Assembly: GCA_963812135.1 (NCBI GenBank) | Contig: CAWETU010000005.1 | Location: 160,001-224,000 of the forward strand | DNA: 64,000 nt | Source of the DNA: Vulcanimicrobiota bacterium | GTDB lineage: Bacteria > Vulcanimicrobiota > Vulcanimicrobiia > Eremiobacterales > Eremiobacteraceae | Direction: 5' to 3' | Part shown: positions 55,567 to 64,000 of the stretch, one piece after another | Layout: each line of letters opens with the position of its first letter | How positions within the stretch are numbered: position 1 is the stretch's first letter | Made by a program: the position numbers and the translations under genes | The notes under the pieces: generated by a model | Database searches by the model: none | Told to the model about the DNA's origin: nothing | Seen by the model: only the letters and a program-made list of their open reading frames with translations

Positions 55567-57354
55567 CTAGAGCAGCGAGCCATTGTCGCCGGCCCCCAAA
55601 AGGAACTTGCGCGCGAAGTACAACGGCGGGTCGCCGTGCGACAGCAGCTCGTCGTGGAACTGGCTGAGTTTGTAGTTGCCTGCTTGCTTGGCTTGATAGT
55701 CGGCGCGCAGTTTCAGGATCATCAATTTGCCGAGGGTGTAGTAGCCGTAGAGCGGATCGCCGGTGCCGCGCACCGCCTCGCGGTAGGAGGGCTCGTGGCC
55801 CATATACGCGTTGGCCGTGAAAAACGCGGTCGCCTGGTCGATCGTCATGCCTTGCGTGTGCTCTTTGATGCCGACGATGTACCGGCAGTCGCGCTGCAGC
55901 GCCAGCGCGAGCTGCATCAATCGGTAGCGCGGGTCGCCATTGCCCAGCCCTTCGTCCACCATCATCTGCTCGTCGTAATGCGCCCAGCCTTCGCCGAACG
56001 CGACGTTCCATTCGACCTTGCGGATGAGGCTCAAGTCGTGCGCCTTGTTGTAGAGATAGTTCGTGTAGTGGCCGGGATACGTCTCGTGCAGCGAAATGAC
56101 GAACAGGCCCGGTCGATTGAAGAACTCCAGATGCTGCTTCTTCTCGGCGGCGGTCCAGTTCGGATCCACAACCGTGACGTTGTAATACGCTTCGGTCGCC
56201 TTGGTCTCAAGCGGACCGGGTGAATTCATCGACGCGAAGGACGTCTGCGCCTGGAATTGCGGCGTCTTTCGGACTTTGGCGATCGGCGCCGCCGGCAGAT
56301 CGATGATGTTCTTCGCCTTGATGAAGGCGACCAGCCCGTTCAGGTCAGCCTGCGCGACCGGGATCAGCTCGTCGTTCGTGGGGTGGTCCTGTTTCACGAG
56401 CGCGATGACCTGTTCCGGCGTCTTGGTGCGGTCGATCGCGCGCGCGGTCGCGACGAACGCGGCTTTGTTCTTCGCAAGATCCGCTTCGCCGACGCGCAGC
56501 AGCGTCGCAAGCGGGATGTCGACCATGTTCTGCCACAGCTCGAGCTTCGAATACGCCGCCGGCCCGATGGCGAACGACCCATGAGCCTTTGGCACGACGT
56601 CCGTGCGCAAGAACGCCGCATAGCTTTTCAACGCGTTGATCGCCGCTGCGTTGCTGGCCTCGAACTGTGCGTGGAGGCCCGCGTCTTTGACGCTGCCGAA
56701 CACGCTGCGCACGTCTTGCGCGAAGAAATCGACCGAGCCGTCGGCGTCCAGCGCATCGGTCGTCGCGACGATCTGCGAGATGTCCGCTGGGCGCAGATTC
56801 TTCTCGCCTTGTGCGAGCATCGCCGGGATCAACTTCTCGCGAGCGATCACCAGCTTGAGCCGGTCGGGCAACGGTGCGAACGCTCTCGACATGATGCCGT
56901 AGACGCCGCCTGCCGCAATGTCGGTGTAGTAGCTCGGACGCTCGCGCCACTGGGGACGATCTGCGAGCCAGAACATGTTCGTTTGGATCGAGGCCTCGAG
57001 GATGCGCTGATCGACTTGGCTGTCGAGCGACATACGGGCCGGATCCAAGCGTTGAAGGTCGGACAGCGTCGCGCGCAGGCTCGCGATCTCCGCGTTTATC
57101 GCCTCAGGCGACACCGGATCGAGCAGCGCATCGTACTCGTGCACGCCGGTCGTCGTCGCGTTCGTGGGCGAGAATTTCCATTCGCCTTGGTAGTAACGCT
57201 CGGCGAGCACGGCAAGCGCCGCATCGCCGGCCGCCGGCACCGGCGTCTCCAGCGCCGCGCTCGGCGCGGGGCTTTGTTGATCGTCGCCCAGCGCGACGAG
57301 CGGCAAGCACAGCGCCGCGGCGGCGACCAGCCCGAAAATGAAACGCTTAGACAT
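55567..57354 (-). CDS. Secreted DUF885-family protein
   Basis: P..AT..G.H.YD, HETYPGH, EGWAHY.E, YTLG, FHD.LL..G. Confidence 0.88.
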   Translation of the reverse strand: MSKRFIFGLVAAAALCLPLVALGDDQQSPAPSAALETPVPAAGDAALAVLAERYYQGEWKFSPTNATTTGVHEYDALLDPVSPEAINAEIASLRATLSDLQRLDPARMSLDSQVDQRILEASIQTNMFWLADRPQWRERPSYYTDIAAGGVYGIMSRAFAPLPDRLKLVIAREKLIPAMLAQGEKNLRPADISQIVATTDALDADGSVDFFAQDVRSVFGSVKDAGLHAQFEASNAAAINALKSYAAFLRTDVVPKAHGSFAIGPAAYSKLELWQNMVDIPLATLLRVGEADLAKNKAAFVATARAIDRTKTPEQVIALVKQDHPTNDELIPVAQADLNGLVAFIKAKNIIDLPAAPIAKVRKTPQFQAQTSFASMNSPGPLETKATEAYYNVTVVDPNWTAAEKKQHLEFFNRPGLFVISLHETYPGHYTNYLYNKAHDLSLIRKVEWNVAFGEGWAHYDEQMMVDEGLGNGDPRYRLMQLALALQRDCRYIVGIKEHTQGMTIDQATAFFTANAYMGHEPSYREAVRGTGDPLYGYYTLGKLMILKLRADYQAKQAGNYKLSQFHDELLSHGDPPLYFARKFLLGAGDNGSLL

Positions 57355-58414
57355 GCACCGCTCCTCTCCGCTGCGCCCGTGTCGTGGCGATGATGATATC
57401 CGCGGCGCGACGCACTTGCTCGGCCGTGACGTCGAGATGCGTCACGGCTCGAAACCGTCCGCTGCCGACGATCTGGCTTACGAGCACGCCGGCACCGCGC
57501 CACGCACTCGTGAGATGCGAGGGATCGATGTGCGCCGCATCGCGCACGCCGAATGGGATGATGTTCGTCTTCACGTCGGCCGGATCGAGCTCGAACTCAC
57601 CGCTGGCCGCCAGAGACTGCGCGAACATCTTCGCGTTGGCGTGGTCTTCGTGCAGCCGTTTGGGCCCTTCGCGTAGCGCGATGAGCGCGGCCGCCGCGAT
57701 CACGCCGGCCTGTCGCATGCCGCCACCCGCCATCTTGCGGACCTTGCGCGCGCGGTCGACGAAGGCGCGGCTGCCGGCGACGGCGGAGCCAACCGGCGCG
57801 CCGAGCCCCTTCGAAAAACAGACGTTGACCGAATCGGCGCGTGCGGCGAGCGCCGCAGGCGTGGCGTTCAGCGCGACCGCCGCGTTGAACAGGCGCGCGC
57901 CGTCGAGGTGCAGCGCGATGCCGTGCCGGCGCGCGACCTCTGCGACCGCCTCGGTGTGCGCGACACTGATCGGCCTGCCGCCACCCCGGTTATGGGTGTT
58001 CTCCAGACAGATCAACGTCGTTGGTGGGAAGTGGGCGTCCTGACCGCGGATGGCGCGCTCGACGTCATCGGGGTCGATCTCGCCGCGCCGATTCGGGACC
58101 GTGCGCAACTGAACGCCGCCGAACGCCGTGGCGCTCGCCGACTCATAGTAGAAGACATGAGCCTCATCGCCGACGATCGCTTCGTCGCCGCGCGCGCAAT
58201 GCGCGAGGACGCTCACCAGATTGCCCATGCTGCCGCTGGAGACGAAGAGCGCGGCCTCTTTGCCCAGCACGGCCGCGGTCTCGCGCTCGAGCTGGTTGAC
58301 CGTTGGATCTTCGCCATAGACGTCGTCGCCGACATCCGCCGACGCCATCGCCGCGCGCATCGCGGCCGACGGCTTGGTGACCGTGTCGCTGCGCAGATCG
58401 ATCAGTTGGTCCAT
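57347..58414 (-). CDS. ltaE: Low-specificity L-threonine aldolase
   Basis: DLRSDTVT, GDDVYGEDPT, ENTHN, HLDGARLFNA, CFSKGLGAP. Confidence 0.95.
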   Translation of the reverse strand: MDQLIDLRSDTVTKPSAAMRAAMASADVGDDVYGEDPTVNQLERETAAVLGKEAALFVSSGSMGNLVSVLAHCARGDEAIVGDEAHVFYYESASATAFGGVQLRTVPNRRGEIDPDDVERAIRGQDAHFPPTTLICLENTHNRGGGRPISVAHTEAVAEVARRHGIALHLDGARLFNAAVALNATPAALAARADSVNVCFSKGLGAPVGSAVAGSRAFVDRARKVRKMAGGGMRQAGVIAAAALIALREGPKRLHEDHANAKMFAQSLAASGEFELDPADVKTNIIPFGVRDAAHIDPSHLTSAWRGAGVLVSQIVGSGRFRAVTHLDVTAEQVRRAADIIIATTRAQRRGAVHV

Positions 58415-60051
58415 TCCCACGAATTCCAAAACGTCGTCACCGCGGGCGCCGGCCGGTAGTTGTGCAGCGAGTTCGCCACGAGATCGTTGCGCCGCGTCCA
58501 CCACAAGAATTGGACCGGCACGTCGGCCGCCAGCAGATTTTGAATGCGGTCGTATGCAGCGCGGCGAGTCGGCAAATCGTAGTGCGTCAGGGCGTCGCGC
58601 TCTGCCGCGTCGATGCGCGGATCGCAGATGAACGAATGGTTGAATGCCCCGCGCTGGTTACACGCCCACAGCGCGATGTCATCGGGGTCGAGCCCGCCGA
58701 TCCAGCCCTCGTATGCGACGTCGAACTTGCCCTGCGAAAGGATGCCGCCGGCGTTCTTGTCGGCGTAGTAGATACTGTGCGCGATGCCCTTCACCGAGAG
58801 ATCGACGCCCAACGATCTGAACTGCTGTTGCAGGATCGCGCCGATGCGTTCGCCATCGTTGGCCTCGCGGTCGAACGAGTAGACCAACTCTAAGCGCTTG
58901 CCTCCCTTGGCGCGATAACCGTCAGCCGCTACCTTCCACCCCGCGCGGTCAAGTGCAGCGGCAGCCGCCTTAGGGTCGTAGGCCGGCGCGGGGACGTGCG
59001 GATCGTACGTGTACAGGTAGGCCGGCTGGTCGCCGATCGCGGGATCGGCGGCGTCGTGCATCACCCGGTGGATGATGTAACGGATGTCGATTCCCATCGC
59101 AAGCGCGCGGCGCACGTTGACGTCGTCCAGCGGCGGATGCGTGACGTTGAACGTCAGATAATAAAACTCATTGAACGGCGTATGCAGCAGCGTCGTGTTT
59201 GGAATCGTCGCCAGCGCAGGTAGCTGATTGACCTGCGCATCGCTGTAGAGGTCGGCCTCGCCGGTCTGCATCATGATGGCGCGCGTGTTCGAGTTTGGCA
59301 CGACGAGATAATCGATCTCTCGCAGTTTCGGCGGTCCACGCCAGTAGTGCGAGTTGGCGACGAGCGTGATGCCGACTTGGGGTACGTACGATGAGACCAT
59401 GAACGGGCCGGTGCCGACCGGTTTGTTGTTATAGGCCGCTCGGTTGATGTCGGGCAGCCCTTGGAGCAGGTGCTTGGGCAGCACCGGCATCGGCGCGAGG
59501 CTCGGCGCGAAGAACGTGGCGACCGCCGGCGCGTACGGCTGCTTGAGATGGACGACGACGGTGTGCGGATCGGGAGCGGTCATCGACGCCACCTGATCCC
59601 AGCCGGTGCGGCTCACGACGTTGTTGGCCGGGTTCATGATAGCGCCGAACGTGAAGACGGCGTCGTCGGCGGTGAACGGGGTGCCGTCGTGCCACAGGAC
59701 GCCGCTGCGCAAGTGGTACGTGATGGTCTTGCCGTCAGCGCTGATGCCGCCATTCTCGCGCGTCGGTATCTTCAGCGCGAGATCCGGCTCGAGTTGGCCC
59801 TTGTCGTTGATGAGGAAGAACCAGCCGCCCCAGAACATCGCCGCATCGCTCGAGGCGGCGCTCGACGAAAGCTCGGGGACGAGCGAGTCGATCGTGCCCG
59901 CGCCCACGATGCGCACGGCTCCCGGGTGTGCCGCGCGATGCTCGCCGGGTTGGGTGTTGGACTCGATCTTCGTACAGGCGGCGACAGCAAGGCACAGCGC
60001 GACGAGCGCCAGCCGCTTCAGCGATTGTTGCGTCAGATCGAATACTCCCAT
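58402..60051 (-). CDS. Peptide ABC transporter substrate-binding lipoprotein (family 5)
   Basis: Lipobox VAAC, NGGISADG.TITYHLR..V.WHDG, PVGTGPF. Confidence 0.9.
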   Translation of the reverse strand: MGVFDLTQQSLKRLALVALCLAVAACTKIESNTQPGEHRAAHPGAVRIVGAGTIDSLVPELSSSAASSDAAMFWGGWFFLINDKGQLEPDLALKIPTRENGGISADGKTITYHLRSGVLWHDGTPFTADDAVFTFGAIMNPANNVVSRTGWDQVASMTAPDPHTVVVHLKQPYAPAVATFFAPSLAPMPVLPKHLLQGLPDINRAAYNNKPVGTGPFMVSSYVPQVGITLVANSHYWRGPPKLREIDYLVVPNSNTRAIMMQTGEADLYSDAQVNQLPALATIPNTTLLHTPFNEFYYLTFNVTHPPLDDVNVRRALAMGIDIRYIIHRVMHDAADPAIGDQPAYLYTYDPHVPAPAYDPKAAAAALDRAGWKVAADGYRAKGGKRLELVYSFDREANDGERIGAILQQQFRSLGVDLSVKGIAHSIYYADKNAGGILSQGKFDVAYEGWIGGLDPDDIALWACNQRGAFNHSFICDPRIDAAERDALTHYDLPTRRAAYDRIQNLLAADVPVQFLWWTRRNDLVANSLHNYRPAPAVTTFWNSWEWTN

Positions 60052-61685
60052 GTGTTCCAGAATTGGGTCACGGCGTGCGCGGGTTTATATCCCTTGAAAT
60101 CCACGCTGCCGATATCGAGACGGCGATAGAACCAGTTGATGATGGCGGGCTGATCGTCTGCGAGACGCTCGGCGATCGTCCAATACGCCTTCTTGCGCGT
60201 CGGGATGTCGTAGTGCGTCAGCGCGATATGCTCTGCCGCATCGATCTGCGGATCGCACAGGTGGTACGTGTTCTGGCCGGCAGGCGGGAACTGATCGCAC
60301 ATCCACAAGGTCGAGTTGTCCGGATCGACGCCGTTGTTCCACGAGTAGAAACCGACGTCGAACTTGCCCCGCTGGAAAATACCGCCGGCGCCATAGCTTG
60401 CGAAGAGCTGCGGCGATAGGTAGTTCTTGATCGTCGCCTCGACGCCGACTTTGCGCCATTGCGCCTGGACGACTTCTTGCAGCTTTATGCTGTCGGCCCG
60501 CCCGGTCGCGCCGGTGAGCTGCAAGCTCAACTTTTCGCCCTTCGCGTTATGGCGAAAGCCGTCGGGGCCCATCTTCCAACCGGCCTGATCCAACAGCTTG
60601 CCCGCCATGACGACGTCGTACGGATACTTCTTGACGTTTGGATCGTAGGCCCAAAGGAACGGAGGTTGGTCGGTGTCCGCCGGGATGTTCACTCCGAGCG
60701 CGACTTTGTTTATCAGTTCATTGCGGTCGGTCGCATAGGTCAGCGCCTGGCGGACGAGCTTGTCTGAAAGTGTCGACACGCTGGTGTTGAACCCGAGCTG
60801 GCCGTACTGCGTGAACGGCGTGAGATAGACCACGGTGCCTGGAATATTCTTGAGCTCCGGGTACTGCGATGCAGAGGCGTTATAGGTGAAGTCGATCTCG
60901 TGCGTCTGCAGTTGCGTGAGCAGCGTGTTCTCGTTAGGGATGATGTGGTATTCGACGCGTTGGAGTTTGGGCGGCCCGCGCCAGTAGTTCGGGTTGGCGA
61001 CCATCGTGATCACGTTGCCCTTCTCCCAGTCCGTGACGATGAAGGGCCCGGTCCCGACTGGCTTGTTGTTGTACGCCACTTGGTTGAGGTTTGGATATTG
61101 CGAGAGCAAGTGCTTGGGCAGGATCGGATATGGATTGGCCGACATCGTGAAGAAGCTCGCGACAAACGGGGCGAACTGCTTCTTCAGATGAACGGTTATC
61201 GTGTACGCGTCCTTCTTGTCGATTCCCGAGATGATATCGTACCCGACGCGGCTGCCGACGTTGTTCGCCGGATTCATCACTTGCTGCCAGGTGTAGATCA
61301 CGTCGTCTGCGGTGAATTCAGGCCCGTCTTGCCACTTGACCCCCTTGCGCAGGTGGTAGGTGATTGAGAGGCCGTCTTTGCTGATGCCGCCGTTGTCGAG
61401 CGTCGGCTCTTCCATGGCGAGCTCGCCGATGAACTTGTTCTGATCGGTCCAGTTGAGCAAGTAGCCGCCCCAGAACATCGAGAGGTCGACCTCGGTCTGC
61501 AAGTTACCGACCACCGGGTTCATGTTATCGGGTTCCGAGTTGTTCCCGATGCGCAGCACCCCGTGGATGGTCCCTTGCGCGGCATTGCCGCCGTTTTGCG
61601 TCGACGTGCTGATCTTCGTGCAGCCGGCGAGCGCGCCGCCGAATAGAGCGGCTGCGAGCATCACGGTGAGATAACGCTGGATCAT
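60033..61685 (-). CDS. Peptide ABC transporter substrate-binding lipoprotein (family 5)
   Basis: Lipobox LAGC, NGGISKDG..ITYHLR..VKWQDG, PVGTGPF. Confidence 0.9.
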   Translation of the reverse strand: MIQRYLTVMLAAALFGGALAGCTKISTSTQNGGNAAQGTIHGVLRIGNNSEPDNMNPVVGNLQTEVDLSMFWGGYLLNWTDQNKFIGELAMEEPTLDNGGISKDGLSITYHLRKGVKWQDGPEFTADDVIYTWQQVMNPANNVGSRVGYDIISGIDKKDAYTITVHLKKQFAPFVASFFTMSANPYPILPKHLLSQYPNLNQVAYNNKPVGTGPFIVTDWEKGNVITMVANPNYWRGPPKLQRVEYHIIPNENTLLTQLQTHEIDFTYNASASQYPELKNIPGTVVYLTPFTQYGQLGFNTSVSTLSDKLVRQALTYATDRNELINKVALGVNIPADTDQPPFLWAYDPNVKKYPYDVVMAGKLLDQAGWKMGPDGFRHNAKGEKLSLQLTGATGRADSIKLQEVVQAQWRKVGVEATIKNYLSPQLFASYGAGGIFQRGKFDVGFYSWNNGVDPDNSTLWMCDQFPPAGQNTYHLCDPQIDAAEHIALTHYDIPTRKKAYWTIAERLADDQPAIINWFYRRLDIGSVDFKGYKPAHAVTQFWNTWEYSI

Positions 61686-61699
61686 GCTGGTGTTGCTCC

Positions 61700-62179
61700 T
61701 TATGGCAGTGAGCGGCGTTTGGACGTCACGACTCCGGAATTCATCCCGCTGATCGTCAAGCCGCCGGCGAAGCGGGCGTGCTCGACCTTCATGCAGCGGT
61801 CGACGACGACGTCGAGCCCGGCTGCGTCGGCGATGCGGATCGCTTCCTCATTGATGACGCCGTACTGGAACCAGATCGCCTTCGCGCCGGCAGCGACCGC
61901 GTCGCGCGCCACCTGCGCGGCTTCTGCCGGTTTGCGGAAGACGTCCACGATGTCGGGCGGGCCGTTCTCGGCGGCGTATGCGGCAAGGGTAGGGTAGCTC
62001 TTGATGCCCTCGATTTCAGTGTAGGCCGGGTTGACCGGCCGCACGTCGAACCCGTGCGTGCTCAGATAACGAAACACGAAATAGCTGGGGCGCAGCGCTT
62101 TCGCGCTCGCGCCAACCATGGCGACGGCGTGCGAACGCACCAGCAGGTCGCGCCGCTGCTCGGGCGTCGTCAGGATCAC
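61700..62179 (-). CDS. CoA-binding protein (YccU-like)
   Basis: AMVGAS, PVNP, DIVDVFR, W.Q.G, DRCMKVEH. Confidence 0.9.
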   Translation of the reverse strand: MILTTPEQRRDLLVRSHAVAMVGASAKALRPSYFVFRYLSTHGFDVRPVNPAYTEIEGIKSYPTLAAYAAENGPPDIVDVFRKPAEAAQVARDAVAAGAKAIWFQYGVINEEAIRIADAAGLDVVVDRCMKVEHARFAGGLTISGMNSGVVTSKRRSLP

Positions 62180-63492
62180 GCGCCGGCCTCGGCGAGCGCC
62201 CCCGAGCGCGCGGCTGCGAGACCGCGCTCGAGATCCCAGATCAGATCGTCCGCGTCTTCCAGTCCGACCGACAGTCGCACCATGTCCGGCGTGATGCCTG
62301 CAGCGACGAGTTCGTCGTCACTGAGCTGTTGATGCGTCGTGGACGCGGGATGGATGACCAAGCTCTTGGCGTCGCCGACGTTGGCGAGATGGCTCCACAG
62401 CTCGAGCGAATCGATGAATCGCACGCCGGCTTCGCGTCCGCCGCGCACGCCGAAGGTGAAGATCGAACCTGCGCCTTGCGGCAGGTAGCGTTGCGCGAGC
62501 GCCCGGTACGGGCTCGACTCAAGACCTGCGAACTTCACCCATGCCACGCCGTCGTGCTTCTCGAGGAACTCGGCGATACGCTTGGCATTGGCAACATGTT
62601 GGCGCATCCGCACGGCGAGCGTCTCGAGTCCGAGGATGAGCAGCCACGCGTTCATCGGCGACATGCAGGCGCCGACGTCGCGCAGCACTTCGAGGCGCGC
62701 GCGGCACAGGAATGCGAACTCGCCGAACGTCTCGCCGAAGCTCATGCCATGGTAGGCCGGGCTTGGGGCGGCGATCAGCGGATGCTTGCCGGCGTTCCAA
62801 TTGAACTTACCGGACTCGACCATGACGCCGCCGATCAGCGTGCCGGTGCCGCTGAGGAACTTGGTGGCGGAGTGCAGCACGATGTCGGCGCCGTGCTCGA
62901 TCGGCCGGCACAAGTAGGGCGACGCGAAGGTGTTGTCGACGAGCAGCGGCAGGCCTTCAGCGTGCGCGGCGTCTGCCAGCGCGGCGATATCCGCGACGTT
63001 GCCAAGCGGATTGCCGATCGTCTCGACGTAGAACGCCTTGCTGTTCGGCCGGATGGCTTTGCGCATCCCTTTGGGGTCGCTGTCCGGCACGAAGGTGACA
63101 TCGATACCCATGCGCTTGAGCGTGACCGCGAACTGCGTGACGGTGCCGCCATAGAGGTTCGACGAAGCGACGATGTGGTCGCCGGCCTGCGCGAGCGTGA
63201 GGATCGCCAGCAGCTGCGCGGCTTGGCCTGACGCGGTCGCGACCGCGCCGAGCCCGCCTTCGAGGCTCGCGATCTTCTCTTCGAACGCGGCGACCGTCGG
63301 ATTGGAGATGCGCGAATAGATCGTGCCGTAGCTGCGCAGTGAGAACAGCTCCCGCGCGTGCTCCGCGGAGTCGAACACGAAGCTCGAGCTCATGTACAGC
63401 GGCGCCGCGCGAGCGCCGGTCGCCGGGTCGGGCGGCGTGCCCGCATGCAGCGCGCGCGTGGAAAAGCCGAATGAGCGGTCCTGATGTTTCAA
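62176..63492 (-). CDS. metY: O-acetylhomoserine/O-acetylserine sulfhydrylase
   Basis: YSRISNPT, ASGQAA, DNTFASP, HSATKF (PLP Lys), ANVGDAKSLVIHPASTTH. TTG start at 63492 assumed. Confidence 0.9.
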   Translation of the reverse strand: MKHQDRSFGFSTRALHAGTPPDPATGARAAPLYMSSSFVFDSAEHARELFSLRSYGTIYSRISNPTVAAFEEKIASLEGGLGAVATASGQAAQLLAILTLAQAGDHIVASSNLYGGTVTQFAVTLKRMGIDVTFVPDSDPKGMRKAIRPNSKAFYVETIGNPLGNVADIAALADAAHAEGLPLLVDNTFASPYLCRPIEHGADIVLHSATKFLSGTGTLIGGVMVESGKFNWNAGKHPLIAAPSPAYHGMSFGETFGEFAFLCRARLEVLRDVGACMSPMNAWLLILGLETLAVRMRQHVANAKRIAEFLEKHDGVAWVKFAGLESSPYRALAQRYLPQGAGSIFTFGVRGGREAGVRFIDSLELWSHLANVGDAKSLVIHPASTTHQQLSDDELVAAGITPDMVRLSVGLEDADDLIWDLERGLAAARSGALAEAGA

Positions 63493-63568
63493 CCGAGGTC
63501 TCCCAACGACGAACAAGGCCCGGGAGCCCGAAAACTTCCATGGACCGGATATTTTTCCTGGAATTCAG

Positions 63569-64000
63569 CTAAACGGCGTCGGTCTGTGCGGCGGGCTTTT
63601 GCTCCAACAAACGCTGCAATTCCGCGGCCGGCAGCGGGGCGCTCAGCAGATGGCCTTGCATCTCATCGCAGCCCAGCTTGCGCAATGCATCGCGCTGGGC
63701 GTGGGTCTCGACGCCGATCGCGACGACCTGCAGCCTGCGGTTGTGCGCCACGGTGATCATCGCGCCGACGATCGAGGCGTCGAAAGAATCGCTCTCGATG
63801 CTGCGTATGAACTGGCGGTCGATCTTCAGCGACGCGACGGGCAGCTGTTTGAGATAGCCGAGCGAGCTGTAGCCGATGCCGAAATCGTCGATCGCGGTGC
63901 GCACGCCCATCGAACCGAGCTGGCGCATGATGCGCACGCTGCGCTTGATATCCGCCATGATGCCGGTCTCGGTGAGCTCGATCTCGAGCGAGCTCGGGTC
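63569..64000 (-). CDS. EAL-domain c-di-GMP phosphodiesterase, C-terminal part
   Basis: EIELTE, IDDFGIGYSSL, LKID, GVET, QG motifs; 5' end lies outside the window. Confidence 0.9.
   Translation of the reverse strand, partial: DPSSLEIELTETGIMADIKRSVRIMRQLGSMGVRTAIDDFGIGYSSLGYLKQLPVASLKIDRQFIRSIESDSFDASIVGAMITVAHNRRLQVVAIGVETHAQRDALRKLGCDEMQGHLLSAPLPAAELQRLLEQKPAAQTDAV

Noticed and set aside
63493..63568. SAM riboswitch upstream of metY
   Set aside because: The gap is short and I could not recognise SAM-I, II or IV core motifs.

Overview
High-GC bacterial chromosome window, about 62 genes, with no rRNA, tRNA, CRISPR array or intact mobile element seen. Gene styles weakly suggest Eremiobacterota/Vulcanimicrobiota (inference only). 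The strongest signal is a minus-strand operon at 35157-43035: tetR-dch-oah-had-bcrCBAD-hemerythrin. It is a Thauera-type ATP-dependent class I benzoyl-CoA reductase pathway with a short BcrA, a short Oah, no ferredoxin, a translationally coupled hemerythrin and a Cys-rich PAS-LuxR regulator upstream. Other notable loci are a type-E succinate dehydrogenase (sdhAB plus a CCG subunit), two tandem CxxCxxCC (YkgJ-like) genes behind an exported protein, a BlaI/M56 pair with a HEAT-repeat C-terminus, and a SARP-STAND regulator facing an unannotated small ORF. Also present are serA with a PspA-type phosphatase, an active/inactive esterase pair, a zinc-ribbon gene with a long structured leader, GTAG-type REP-like repeats, and a heavily frameshifted patch at 5.1-7.4 kb (decay or assembly error). 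All family calls come from motif recognition by eye; no searches were run.
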